From: Octopus bimaculoides
Taxonomy: Eukaryota
DNA length: 64,000 nucleotides
Assembly (NCBI RefSeq): GCF_001194135.2
Contig: NC_068984.1
Span: 136,121,121-136,185,120, forward strand
Reading direction: 5' to 3'
The position numbers and the translations under genes were made by a program. Positions 39,077-53,195 of the stretch are shown in pieces. Positions within the stretch are counted from its first letter, which is position 1; every line of letters starts with the position of its first letter. The notes below the pieces were generated by a model. That model ran no database searches and was not told where the DNA came from. It saw only the letters and a program-made list of their open reading frames with translations.

Positions 39077-40002
39077 CAGGGTGTCTACAAGAAATCTGAG
39101 ACAAATATTGTCTTTGTATTTAGCCAAAATTATGCACTACCAATATCGAGAATCGTTCCTTTTTCAAGATCAGCTTGATATGTTGGTGAACTTTCCACGA
39201 CAATGGAGAGCTTAAAATTACAGTTGTAGTTGAAGACAGCCCACGGCATTGGAGAGCTTAAAATTACAGTTGCAGTCGAAAAACTTTAGCTGATATGGGA
39301 GACTTGAAGCCATCTGAATATTCGAAAAGCGTTACCCTTACCATTATGATACGCGCCAGGTATCAAAATGCCGATATCTTACATGCTGCTCAATGTTCTG
39401 TGAACACTGTAATATGTAACAAGGACGTCTGCAACGGAGACCACGAAACCGTGGCCAACAAGAAGGCACGCAACTGGCGTTTTTACTGCGAATAGAGCCC
39501 CAGGGTGAATTTTCGCGTGTACGTAGAGCAAATGGCGACTTGCCAAACCAGATCTGAAGAGGAAGGCTGCTGGGAGGCTATATATTGCAGCAGGATTCGC
39601 CTCATCGCTACACTTCCGGCAAGAGTCAGAAGTGGTGGTTGTAGAAGAATTTCTACGACTTCATCAGCTCCAATTGCTGAACTACTAATTCCCACAGATA
39701 ACTATGAGACTGATAAAAATAGCAGCCCCTCTGCCTACAATTCCAAGGCCGAGCTGGTGGCCAAAATCAAATATGAGTTCGAAATTAACAGTGGCACAGT
39801 TAGGAATACGTGCACATGTTCCGGAGCCATGTTGTGGCAGCGTTACAAGTTGAGGGCGGCTACGTTGAGAACACTGTCATCTTCCAACTATAACCTAGTT
39901 TGTGGTATTTGATTATTTTCAATACATTTATTTTATTTTGAATGAGATATTGTGTTTTCATTTGCTTTTATGCAAACAGACAAATTCAGCAGGGATACCC
40001 AG
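39077..40002 (+). mobile_element. Tc1/mariner relic resembling maT (DD37D-type), internally deleted
   Basis: N-terminus MGDLKPSEYSK..IMIRA..NADILHAAQCSVNTV. Catalytic region YILQQDS..TSGKSQKW..NFYDF, then NSKAELVAKIK. C-terminus (shifted frame) RSHVVAALQVEGGYVE. Degenerate TIR ends cagggtgtc (39077) and gatacccag-TA (40002). The exact DD spacing is unreadable because of indels. Confidence 0.8.
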
Positions 40003-40186
40003 TAAGCACACATACACATACAATATGTGTGAGTGTGTATGTGTGTTAGTGTGTGTGTGTATTTGTATGCATATATGTATGTAAATATATATGTACGTAT
40101 ATAATTATATACCTATGAAAATATACATACGCATATATATATATTTATACTTATATAGGTTTATATGTATCTAAACATTTATACAT

Positions 40187-40274
<88 letters not shown>

Positions 40275-41074
40275 TTGTGTGTGTGAGAGAGATAGAGTAT
40301 GTACGATGTATGTATGTTTATGTGTATGTATGTATGTATGTATGTATCACTGCAGGCAACCAAACATTAAAATATCAATCTGACCACCAACACCTGCATA
40401 CCCCGCGCACTTTTCCCATAAGCTAAATTACTCGTAAAAATTAAAAAAAACTCTACTAATGTACACATACTTTGTTTCCCGCTCCCGAGCCCTACCCATG
40501 CAAATGTCCAATAATATTTTGTACAAATAACAAATATTATGCGCCAGTGAATCACATTTTCACACACAAACTAATATGACTGCTCCCCTCCTACAACTCC
40601 ACACCTATACACGCTTAAAGAAAGCCATCTAATGGGAAAATTAAATTCATGTACATCTATCGTCATATAATACTAATCATCAAAATAGACATATTTACTT
40701 ATCGAATGGACTAGCACGCATAGAAGAGAGCACGCGCGTACGAAAGCCAGCAAGCTCGCAGTCACACAATTTCCTCAATCTGACCAAAGTGAAATCAAAA
40801 GCCATAAATTACGAATGAATTTTCGAAGTAGTGCACGCACATGACAGACATATGCGTAAGTTTCACATTTGTGAGTGAAATATTAGAACAGACATGTCAA
40901 ATAATCCTGCTCGGAATGAAACTACTAGTCACTGTAAGTATTTATATTACAGATACTTGGAATAAAATTCATCTACAAATGTTTAGAGTTCTTTCCCTTG
41001 GTCGCTGGACGTTATAATTTATACAAAGCTTACACTTCTGTGAATGTAATATATATGCGTATGTGTGTTTGTTC

Positions 41075-41127
<53 letters not shown>

Positions 41128-42799
41128 TAGATAGATAAATAGATAGATAGATAGATAGATAGATATATAGATAGATACATAGATAGATAGATACATAGAT
41201 AGACTAACAGGAAGAAGACAGACAGACGGACAGACAAGCATAGAGACAAACACACAAGGAGACAGACACATGCGTACATAATACTTACATACATACATAC
41301 ATACATACATATATACATACATACATACATGCTTATTTTCATACCTGTGCATGTGTGTGTGGCGATGCATAAATATATATTCGTAAAACTATGTATAAAT
41401 GTTATATATGCATAGGAATTATAAAAATGTCACTTGGAATATGAACGTTTACCAACATTCTTATGGAATATATTGACAAAGTTAATGATGAAGTTAATTG
41501 CAACTCACCTGTTTTGTCTTCGCATTCGATTATATCTCATATAGTTATTGTATTTAAATAGAATATACATAATACATACATAATACATATGATATTTCTG
41601 AAGAAATACTGTACAATATATCATTTAGTGGAAGGAATACACAGATTTTAGTAGAATAACTGCTGTGGAATTTGACATTAAAATGTTTTAAAATACAAAG
41701 ATTACAAAGTCGTAGAGAAAAATAATGGAATAACTAGACAGAAGTTATATATATTTAAGCATAAGCTAGTTATTTTAAAAAGAAACCAACATGAAGAGAT
41801 ATGTGAGAGAAGATTACTTTAGAAGTTGAATAGGAAGATTTATGTTAAGAATCAAACCATTTGGTGAAAGTCTCGCTTCTTTTGTAGAATATTTCTAATA
41901 CGAAATGGAATATGGATTAATTTGGGTAGGTTAACTTGAAAGTAAACGATTGTGTAAGGAGCATTACATCACGAAAACGGTATTAGTAGCAAATCTTTAC
42001 TTCTTAAAAACAGTTTGCCTGAAGTGGAAAAGTTCATGAAGATTATATAAGAATCTAAAACTCGCTATTGCATTATACATACTGAATAGTATAAATCACC
42101 TGTTTGAAGATATTAAGAAACTATAGAATTGTTAACAATTAATTATCTATCACAATAAGAATACGAGAAAATATCTCGAATAGTTACATGAAGATTGACG
42201 AGATATGAAAAGTGAGAAAATGTTAGTTTAGAATGATGAATGATGGTTCTGAATAAAAATTGTTCCTTCATATTGCTAAGCGTCCGCTTCCGAACTTCAG
42301 GTGGTACACTTATCTTTTCTTCCATCTTATGCTAGCTCTAGAGGAACGAGCAGCGCCTATGGTTTTTACATGCTCTTTAAGACCAGTGAGATTGACACTG
42401 CTAGAATTGTATCTCGGCCGTTACAGGTCCACACTCGCAGGAAATTTATGAAGTGGGCCAGACATAACTTTGGTAGAGGAAGGTGCTTCATCCGTCACAC
42501 AACACCTTTCGCCATAGCCACTAGAGAGAAGAACACCGCCTGCCCTACCTTGCTAAAGGCGGGTAGTGGGGCGAACTTCATGATGGATTCGGCTGATGCC
42601 TGCAAGGTCATGCACTGTTTATCTTGATATGAGATCATCGTGTCACGCACATATGGTTGTGATGCATGTGCCTGATGTACCCTTATCAGATGGGTAGTCA
42701 TGATGGGTATATTAGGCTTCGTATTTGTGTACCCCAGTATGACTTTGATGGAATGCGCTGCCCTTTCACTTAATAATAATGATAATAATAATATCAATC

Positions 42800-43133
42800 G
42801 TTCCAAATTTCGGCACAAGACCAACAGGTAGAAAAGAAAACGATAGACGATAACAGTATCCACACAACTTACTTAATACTTCAATTCGACGACCCCGAAG
42901 CGATATTTGATTCAGTAGGATTTGAAACATACAATTAAAGCATAGCCATAAGTTTGAGGTGGGGCTTAAATCGATTATATTGCCATCATTTGTTAATTGG
43001 TACTTTTTTTATCCCAGAAGGACTTGACCCAGAAGGTCAAGTTCGTCTGCCGTGGATTAGAACTCAGAATGCGAAGGGGTGGACTCAGAGTAATGCATTT
43101 TCTCCGAAATTTTAACGATTCGGCCAATCCATC
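42800..43133 (-). mobile_element. Two degraded family-B SINE fragments
   Basis: Motifs tccaaatttcggcacaagacc and cgaccccgaa (42800-42900), then aatcgatta..ttggtact..gaactcagaatg..ttaacgattcggccaa (42951-43133). Confidence 0.6.
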
Positions 43134-43371
43134 AATTAAACATATTTTATGCCAATTGTTTTGTTTTGATAACCTTGCACATCCTGACTAGCACAGGTGA
43201 ATCAAGAAGACAAGATTACTGAAAAGCAAAAGGAGGATATCAGCTCTTCTGATTGTTAGCACGATCTTTTCTGACCAAAACATCGTCTGGAAAGTTGTCG
43301 ATAAATTATCATTGTACAAGAGTCATGATGTGTGAACCTCAGATATAGCGCATTAAGCTACCAAAGAGTAC

Positions 43372-43640
43372 TAATAATAATTAGACAATTAAGTATGATG
43401 AATTATAAATTAAACAAAACCGGAAAAATTGTAGAATACAGTACGAATATGAGATATTTTGGCTCAGGCATTTTGATGTCACTGTTTGGCGGCTTTATAT
43501 ACCTTTAGTATATCTATATTTTTATTAATGTTAAGCAAAAATTTTGATAAATATTAATTTTAGATAACGCTAACGTACGAAACTCTCGGCCCCTGGGTCA
43601 CTTTGTTACCTCTGCTAAATGTTAATACATACATACATAC

Positions 43641-43683
<43 letters not shown>

Positions 43684-44220
43684 NNNNNNNNNNNNNNNNN
43701 NNNNNNNNNNNNNNNNNNNNNNNNNNNNNNNNNNNNNNNNNNNNNNNNNNNNNNNNNNNNNNNNNNNNNNNNNNNNNNNNNNNNNNNNNNNNNNNNNNNN
43801 NNNNNNNNNNNNNNNNNNNNNNNNNNNNNNNNNNNNNNNNNNNNNNNNNNNNNNNNNNNNNNNNNNNNNNNNNNNNNNNNNNNNNNNNNNNNNNNNNNNN
43901 NNNNNNNNNNNNNNNNNNNNNNNNNNNNNNNNNNNNNNNNNNNNNNTAATAATAATTAGACAATTAAGTATGATGAATTATAAATTAAACAAAACCGGAA
44001 AAATTGTAGAATACAGTACGAATATGAGATATTTTGGCTCAGGCATTTTGATGTCACTGTTTGGCGGCTTTATATACCTTTAGTATATCTATATTTTTAT
44101 TAATGTTAAGCAAAAATTTTGATAAATATTAATTTTAGATAACGCTAACGTACGAAACTCTCGGCCCCTGGGTCACTTTGTTACCTCTGCTAAATGTTAA
44201 TACATACATACATACATATA
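43372..44220 (+). repeat. Identical 274-bp direct duplicate flanking an N-gap, probably an assembly artefact
   Basis: 43372-43645 equals 43947-44220. The second copy starts at the first base after the gap. Confidence 0.9.
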
Positions 44221-44360
44221 TACATGTATATACGTTCTTGATCACAGTTTCCATAGCACATATCCTAAACAAAGGAACGAAACGCTACACAAGAAACAAC
44301 AAAAACAAACATTACAATAAACAACACATACAACTGCAAACACACTCATCAATGTTACAT

Positions 44361-44420
<60 letters not shown>

Positions 44421-44701
44421 GTAACTCAGACAATATAGCGCCTGGTAGTTTAGTAGAAGTTCGTGTATGAAACTGGTGGAGACATAACGATGACATTTCC
44501 TCATTAATCATCGTAAAATATTTGAACTTATTCCTTTTGCGTTTGTCAACTTCGATTAACTGCAGCCGTCTCAATAGTTATATAGTAGGGGGAGGGCAAA
44601 CGAATGAGTTTTATTATAGGTGTGGGTTCTTTCAGAATGCTGGGTGCACAGATTCGTTCAAATATCGACTCTGATATAGGACATATAAGAAACGTTAACA
44701 C

Positions 44702-45145
44702 ACAGACACGTCTGTGTAGTAAATCGTTTGCTTCCCAAAGACATGGTTTCGGGTTCAGTCCTACTGCGTGGCAAATTGGGCAAATGTCTTCTTTTGTACC
44801 TTCGTGCTGACCAAAGCTTTGTGAGTGGATTTGGAAGATGGAAATTGTAAGAAGCCCATCGTATATATATATGTAGGGGAGGGGTGTATGTGTGCGCGTA
44901 TGTGTGTATTTGCGCGCGCGTATGTCTTTGTATCTCTTTGTCCTCACCTTCACCGTTTTACAACCGGCATTGGTGTGTTTACGTCCCCGTATCATAGCTG
45001 CTCCTGCAAAAGAAACCGATGGAATAAGTAGCAGGCTTAGATAAATAATTACAGGGATCGATTCCTTTGACTAAAACTCTTCAAGGCGGTGCTCCAGCAT
45101 GGCCTCAGTGTAATGACTGTAACAAGTAAACAAGTAAAAGATGAA
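44702..45145 (+). mobile_element. Family-C SINE, full length
   Basis: tRNA-like head with B-box-like GGGTTCAGTCC, then ttgggcaaatgtcttc, internal (TA)/(TG) repeats, and tail gcggtgctccagcatggcctcagtgtaatgactg..aagtaaaagat. Confidence 0.85.
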
Positions 45146-45231
45146 AACTAAATCCTAATACGTACAAAAATGAATATCCTTCCTTGTTAACAGTGTGTGA
45201 CAATTGCTTGTATTACACGCACAAGGCCATC

Positions 45232-45394
45232 GGAGGGAAGGTAACTGTCGATAGCATCAGTCTCAGAACTTAACAATGTACTGAAAATTATCGGACCCAG
45301 CCTGTCACAGACAGTTGACGTCATCATGATTTGAACTCAGAATATAAAGTAATGCATTTTCTCTGAAACTTTAACTATTCTACCAACCTCCACC
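45232..45394 (-). mobile_element. Degraded family-B SINE
   Basis: atttgaactcagaatataaag..gcatttt..ttaactattctaccaa matches the family-B minus-strand copies. Confidence 0.55.
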
Positions 45395-47900
45395 GTTGCC
45401 GTTCAACGACATTTTAGACATAGGAGCGATAAAAATAAAATGCAAAACAGATCCGAAGGTTCTTTGAATCTTTGGTGCAGCATCAAAGAAGAAAATTCCA
45501 ATTTAATTTTCCATTAGGTTTTCAGAAAAAAGAGTAACTGATGCGTAGCACCTTTATTCACAATTGTTGATAATTTCTATGTTGAATTAACATAACGGGA
45601 AGAAAAATGTTTTAAACGTACTCAAAAACAAACACAAAAACAAGATGTCAGATTACTCATAGTCGTTTTTGTTTCGTGTTTAAATTTTTCAATAATTATA
45701 CGTAACAAACAATTGTTTATTATGTATGCCATATAATTAATTCCTTAAATGATTTCCATTTTTCTTCCATTCTTCCTCAACACCATAAAATTCTGTTTTT
45801 GTTTGTCTTCATTGTTTTGTTTCATTTTTAGATATTTTTTCATCATTTTACTTTTTATTTATTAATTCAGCATTGTCTTTTAGGTTCAGAATATTTTGTT
45901 TAACATTTGTTCATTGGTATTGGATATATTTGTTTATTTATGTTCGCATGAATTTCGGCACCATGTTTGAGATAAAAAAAAAAACAAAAACAAATATGAC
46001 ATATTACAGGGAATATTAAACCTTCCGGAGAAAACATCAATTTTACAAATTAATGCATCTATAATGTTTGTAATTAACATTTAACTATGACAAATATAAC
46101 CATATCCGTGTTACAACACATCAAATGCCACTGTAACAATATTGAGCTATACGTTTAATAAACAGCAGCCATTTTAACTACATCATCGTCACAAGCATGA
46201 CATACGAAACAGCCTTGCATAAAATGATACAGTCTGATAAGGAAAATGACACAATTTCCGTTGTGATATTCAATCATGTTAGTCAACATTGCAAGATAAC
46301 ATACTTGATGGAATGTAGAAAAGAAATATTCAAAGCTCTTGTCGCTGTCTTTATCTATATAATTCCCGTTCTAAGCCTGTTCTCCTACTGTTACATTGCT
46401 GCTCTTTAATCTATAAAATTACTGGTGAAATCATTTATGGATTTCTTGGAGTTATCTCCCCTTTCCTCAGCGAATCTCTGTCAATCGCCGCAAGACTTTT
46501 GCTTTCGTATTTCTAATTAAAGGAAGTATTTCAGGGGGAAACATTTTGTACACGTTTAATATACTCTTTGATTCATTCATGTGAATTCATGATTTTGCCT
46601 TTTTTTCTGGTATTTCATTTAGGATTATTTCTTTATAATTTCAGTTACGCATCAAACATAATAAGCAAAATCCATAAACGTAATAAACAACATAAAACGC
46701 ATTACACGTAAGCATCATGTAACTGCAAACTTCATTATGGTGACAAAAAATAAGCACCGTAATATATTGCCACAGCTTTTCATTCATACATATCTGCAAC
46801 TTAGATCGATCTAGTTTTCCCATATAAATTTGAGTAAGGAATTTGATTCATATTTGCATGAAATTATTCCGCTTTATTCAGAGAGACACTAAAAGATATA
46901 CGAATAACACAGCAGTCCTTTTTACAGGCGTGTCTTTGTGTCATACCACATACCATTCTTCAAGTCCGTTTACTGGTTGGAACTACGTCACATCTACAAT
47001 AACTTGACCTGACAACGAACAGCACGTAGATCGAGAGACTGAAACTATTTTTTCTTTAGGCTGTAATTACATATTATTCGGATAAAGTCATCACCTCAAT
47101 ATCCTGCAATGGCTCATCTAGTTATGATTGAACTGATCTGGGAATTGACGTAGCACTGCTTACAACAAATAAATGAAAGATTTTAGACGTTCTTTCAAAA
47201 CCTGAGCCCATGTACAACAATTTCAAAGGAGGAGAGATATTATTTCAGAGATTGTTGCTTCAGCCATTTGCATGTTACTACCAGCACCACACTGACCTGT
47301 TCTTATACCAATATATCCAAATTTGTTTCAAAAAATATCATGGAACTAAAGCTATATACGACGCAAGAGAGCTCCATTAATTTAAATAGTGAAACACGTT
47401 TTCAGTTAATAATGTATTATGGAGCTAGTATGAGCCAAAAACAGCGGCATAGCTGTCCATACACTGCAGAAACTCAAAGCCATCATTTGTGATTGTGTTG
47501 GTGAACAGGTTTGGGGATTTTATTCAAGATCTCAGATTTGTATTTAAAGAAATATATATATATATATATANNNNNNNNNNNNNNNNNNNNNNNNNNNNNN
47601 NNNNNNNNNNNNNNNNNNNNNNNNNNNNNNNNNNNNNNNNNNNNNNNNNNNNNNNNNNNNNNNNNNNNNNNNNNNNNNNNNNNNNNNNNNNNNNNNNNNN
47701 NNNNNNNNNNNNNNNNNNNNNNNNNNNNNNNNNNNNNNNNNNNNNNNNNNNNNNNNNNNNNNNNNNNNNNNNNNNNNNNNNNNNNNNNNNNNNNNNNNNN
47801 NNNNNNNNNNNNNNNNNNNNNNNNNNNNNNNNNNNNNNNNNNNNNNNNNNNNNNNNNNNNNNNNNNNNNNNNNNNNNNNNNNNNNNNNNNNNNNNNNNNN

Positions 47901-47964
<64 letters not shown>
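47901..47964. repeat. (GT)n microsatellite at a gap edge
   Basis: Seen directly in the sequence. Confidence 0.97.
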
Positions 47965-47967
<3 letters not shown>

Positions 47968-48275
47968 TGTTGCAAACTTTCACGCTTCTTAATTTGGGCC
48001 AAACGGAATCAGATGTAATATCTGCTTTTAACATTAAATTTCGCCATCGTTCAACTTGCACAAGGTATAAAATATAAGATATTGTCTTTTGAAAGGAGCA
48101 GTTGTACTTTTACGTGTGTGTGTGTGCGCGTGTGTTGGGGGGTATGTGTGTGTGTATTCGTGCATGCGTGTATGTGTACGTGCGTGCGTGCGTACATGCG
48201 TGCGTACGTGTGTGCGTGTGTATGTGCGCGCGGGATTGTGTGAGTACGTGTGTGCGCTTGTGTGTGGATTGGGGT

Positions 48276-49129
48276 ATGCATTTGACAGAAAGCGTCGAAA
48301 ACAAACCAAGGTCAGAAGATCTGTTAAGGACGATGAAGTTTTGCTTGCAATGACTGAACATCAGCCAAACCTCAAACTCTCGTACATTGTCAGCAGAAAT
48401 TTGTCGTTGACGAAGTACGATCAATCGACACCTGCATAAGCTCGGCCTTGTGAACAGAGGATATCAAGAAACTCGCTATGAACTGGTCCATGACCAGGAT
48501 CAACAACGTGTGAACATTTGCAAACAACTGCTGGCAAATCCTCCAGATTCCCGTTTTTTGGCGTCGAGATGTAATTGGAATGAAAAGTGGATCTATTTCT
48601 TTGATTCTGATAGAGAAATCAGTGGATTCGTTCTGGTCTGACTTCACAGCATGTCAGACAAGTACGGTTTGGACAGGTCATGTTCTGCATTTGGAAGAAT
48701 TTCCACCGGTTGTTGCACTTTGAGCTTCTCTCAGATGGTCATACTGTGAACGCTTAACCACTATGCACAACAATTATAACGAGTCCGTGATTATTCGAAA
48801 TTCCACTACACAGCATTGGTGAATCGAAGACGGGCACTCCTTCGTAAGAAAATGCCCCTGCAGGCACAGCCAACGTAACGAATCTTAAACTTCAGTAGTT
48901 TGAGGAACTTGAGGGTCTGGAATTGCTGCCTCACCCTGCCTACAGTCCACATCTTGCACCATGAGATTAAAAAATTTTCTGAGTCATGGCTCATTTCCTG
49001 CCCAGGCGGAGGTTCAACAATATCGTTGAGTTTAAAAACGGGATGAAGGAGGTTTTTACCTCTAAATCCGCCAAGTGTCAAAAACGATAGCAACAGAAAA
49101 TAGAACATGGGATATATTTTGATGAATAA
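48276..49129 (+). mobile_element. Mariner (DD34D-type) transposase pseudogene
   Basis: Across frameshifts it reads ENKPRS, DDEVLLAM, QQRVNICKQLL, NEKWIYF (decayed TGDEKW, 48579-48590), VMFCIW..LHFELL, LELLPHPAYSPHLAP (HPPYSPDLAP motif, 48932-48961), and ends EHGIYFDE*. Confidence 0.9.
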
Positions 49130-49593
49130 ACGACTTTATTTGCAATGTTTAGAACAGATTTGTTGAAAAATAGTAAAATTGTTTAAAGTCAAACATAGAT
49201 GCTTGTGAGTGCAAGCCTGTATGTATGTATGTATGTATGTATGTATGTATGTCTGTATGTATGTATGTATGTGTGTATGTATGTATGTGTTGTGACAGAG
49301 TGAGGGGTGTGCGTGAGGTTATTTATATCCTACAGGGCCTCTGTTTCTCAAAGTTATCCTTGGATTTGTATATCTATGTGCAGGTCAAACCATGGGGTCT
49401 GTTCACTTTTTGGATACCTAACAGATACTAATGCATGTAATGCTTTCTTCTTGATGCTACTAGCATTTTCACCAATATATCAGTCGCCAATTGGGGTCAG
49501 TTTTTGGGATCATTTTCTTCACAAGTCATACAATGAAACGGATCAAATACTGCAAATAAAAATGACTCTAATCGATGCGCCACTCTATGAACC

Positions 49594-49690
49594 TTGATTA
49601 GTATTTCGTTATCGATACCAAAAAGATGAAAGGCTATGTTGACCTCATTGGAGTTTCAACACACAGCACAGAGGATCGGAACAAATCAAC
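49594..49690 (-). mobile_element. Degraded family-B SINE fragment
   Basis: ttatcgataccaaaaagatgaaaggctatgttgacctc..gagtttcaac is similar to the other copies. Confidence 0.55.
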
Positions 49691-50380
49691 TCAGGGAATT
49701 GCAATCATATTAATTTATTCATATAATTAACTAAATATAACATCCGCACAGAAGAATGTGATCATTTTTAATTACTCGTGAAATTATATTTATTGATCTC
49801 TTTTCTCCCTACTCACAAGATGTTCGGTTTACAAGCTTCCGAAACAGGATTTTGATATTTTATGTTCTTCCCAAGGATATTTGTGTTTTAAATAGTACAA
49901 TATTAATTCACTCTGGAATTATAAATTGCACCGCAGACAAGTTTCCCAAATTTACACACAAATCTATAATCATCACTGAATAATGCATAAAGCAAAAGTT
50001 CTATATCTGAGGTGCCCTTGGGAGAAACAGAAAAAGGATTCAAGGAAAGATATGGTTAAAAATTGATTGTTGGATTCGTGTGGTAGCTGAGAAGCTGTCT
50101 TATTGTGACACAATAAAATGTTGACACGTTCTACTTTCTTAAAATTAATATTTTTCATAATTTCCACTAATTTATGAAAATAAAAAGGTGAATTAGCTTA
50201 GGTGACATTCAAAATTTCTTGATAGCGTAATTAACATACGTGAAATGAAAAGGTTTCTTTCAAGAGAAACTGAAATACTTTTGCAGTTTCTGATAATCAG
50301 ATCTGCTAACTTGCTCTGCTGCACTAAATATGTACGGAAATCAAGTTGCATAAAGATGATGTAAAAACGTGAATGAACCT

Positions 50381-50532
50381 CCGTCAGTTGTGATGATGAA
50401 GATTTAGTTAATCTATCTGCTGAATTACCTGCTCATTGAATTAGCTTATAAGTGGCTGAGTATTCCACTGAAACGTGTACCATTAAAGCAACCTACAATA
50501 GGATCAATATAGTTCCATTTTTGACAAGGTTG
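50381..50532 (-). mobile_element. Family-A SINE, 3' fragment
   Basis: aagtggctgagtattccactgaaacgtgtaccattaaagca matches the reverse complement of about 2190-2230. Confidence 0.75.
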
Positions 50533-51693
50533 TACCGTTGAGTTACAGATAAAGTCTATCGGACGGGTTTTTGTGCAGTTTCCGACTACGCATTTTCACA
50601 TTGTGTTGATACGAAACAAAGATAAAAGACATTTTTCTCAAGATATCACAGAATAGGATTGAAACCGCATCATCTTTATAGCAACAAAAGTATATAGAAA
50701 GCTAATTCTGCGATAACGGTTTTGTTTCTGCTTCATGTATGTCATATTACTTTTGCCCTCATTAATTGTATAAACATTATGCTTGCGTGATTTTGCCGAG
50801 CTTGGCACACCAGTTGACAACAAATCAATGATGGCCTGATCGTACTATGCAGTTGCCAAGCATAGCCACACTACCAAAGACAAAAATCAAAATGCTGTGG
50901 CAATAGTTATGGCGCGCACTATATCTGGAAACCTAGTCTCTATTCACTGATATTTATTTTGCAAACATTGCATTAGTGTAACTATAGTAGAAATTAATTT
51001 TATGCAATTTTACGTTTTGCCTTGGAAAAATGTAGCAAATATTATAAAGGACTGGACTAATATATTTCTATCTAATTTTATCAATTCAATTTTTAAAAAA
51101 CTGAAAAATCGATTGTGTATTTCTCTACATCAAAGTGGATAAAACAAGAATCATTAATAATATTTAAGTATAAACATCCTCTCTGTAAAATTACTGTTAA
51201 TTTTAATTATTTGCTTTGATTGCATATCCGAAAGAGTTAACATACGTATCGAAAAGCCCACGTAAAATGAATAATTACATTTTTGTAAAAAAACAAAAAA
51301 TACGTATTTAAACATCGTATTTATGTTTGTATATGTCTACGGAGATCCATTCTTAATATTAGATATTCAAACAATACTTAGATATAAATATATTTCCAAA
51401 TCTACATATTTTTTTCATTCTCGTTTTGTTTTTCATTGTCATTGATTCAACAATAAAACCTCGCCTTTTTTTAATACATCGGCATCATTGTGTAAACATT
51501 CCCAGCACAATACCAAAATACTTATAAAAAGAATTTACGTAAAAACAAAATGGACGTCTAAATTCCTTAGAAATTTTTACCTAAAGAATTTCATTTCTTT
51601 CCAGTTCTAAAAATAATTAGTTGCTTAGATACAATCTCTGGCGATATTTTAAGCGGACTAGATACATGCGTTAGTGTATCTGACCATCTCTCA

Positions 51694-51749
<56 letters not shown>

Positions 51750-52386
51750 NNNNNNNNNNNNNNNNNNNNNNNNNNNNNNNNNNNNNNNNNNNNNNNNNNN
51801 NNNNNNNNNNNNNNNNNNNNNNNNNNNNNNNNNNNNNNNNNNNNNNNNNNNNNNNNNNNNNNNNNNNNNNNNNNNNNNNNNNNNNNNNNNNNNNNNNNNN
51901 NNNNNNNNNNNNNNNNNNNNNNNNNNNNNNNNNNNNNNNNNNNNNNNNNNNNNNNNNNNNNNNNNNNNNNNNNNNNNNNNNNNNNNNNNNNNNNNNNNNN
52001 NNNNNNNNNNNNNNNNNNNNNNNNNNNNNNNNNNNNNNNNNNNNNNNNNNNNNNNNNNNNNNNNNNNNNNNNNNNNNNNNNNNNNNNNNNNNNNNNNNNN
52101 NNNNNNNNNNNNNNNNNNNNNNNNNNNNNNNNNNNNNNNNNNNNNNNNNNNNNNNNNNNNNNNNNNNNNNNNNNNNNNNNNNNNNNNNNNNNNNNNNNNN
52201 NNNNNNNNNNNNNNNNNNNNNNNNNNNNNNNNNNNNNNNNNNNNNNNNNNNNNNNNNNNNNNNNNNNNNNNNNNNNNNNNNNNNNNNNNNNNNNNNNNNN
52301 NNNNNNNNNNNNNNNNNNNNNNNNNNNNNNNNNNNNNNNNNNNNNNNNNNNNNNNNNNNNNNNNNNNNNNNNNNNNNNNNNNNNNN

Positions 52387-52422
<36 letters not shown>

Positions 52423-52990
52423 ATATATGTATATATGCATTTATGTAAACATGTTTGTATGTATATACATGTATGCATCGATCTAGCTGTCTCTAGGTCA
52501 GTCTATCTCTAGATAGATAGATAGATACATATATACATACATACATACATATATCGATAACTAGATAGATAAATAGATAGATAGCGTGTAAGAGATACAA
52601 ATAGAAAGTGAGACAGATGATGGATAGAGAGAACAAAAATGTAAATATATGCATATTTCATTTTCTCCAAATTTATATATATCTCGGAGCTTTTCTCCCT
52701 ATCTTCCTGTCTTTTGTTTTCCTCACTTACTCCATCCCTATTCATATCTCACATTATATCGCTATACAGGTATGCATGCACACAATCACTCGCCATTTCA
52801 AAGACGCTTATTCATATATTCTAGCGAATAAACACTTCAATGTATGCATCTACATATGCATCTATTATATTAAATTAGCCAAGCATCCTCAAGGGATGGA
52901 TGATATTTATATATATATATACATATACATACGAACTTAACTATATATGCATATGTGTGTGTGCCTGTGTGTGTGTATGTATATATATAG

Positions 52991-53051
<61 letters not shown>

Positions 53052-53144
53052 TGTGTATGAGTGTGTGTGTGTGAATATATATATATATATATGTGTATGT
53101 ATGTATGTGTATATATATATATATATATTTATATATATGTATTT

Positions 53145-53195
<51 letters not shown>

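Noticed and set aside
42300-42760. GC-richer block that looks like an interspersed repeat or RTE 5' UTR, checked for an HDV-like ribozyme
   Set aside because: I could not build the HDV double pseudoknot or find coding motifs, so the family is unassignable by eye.
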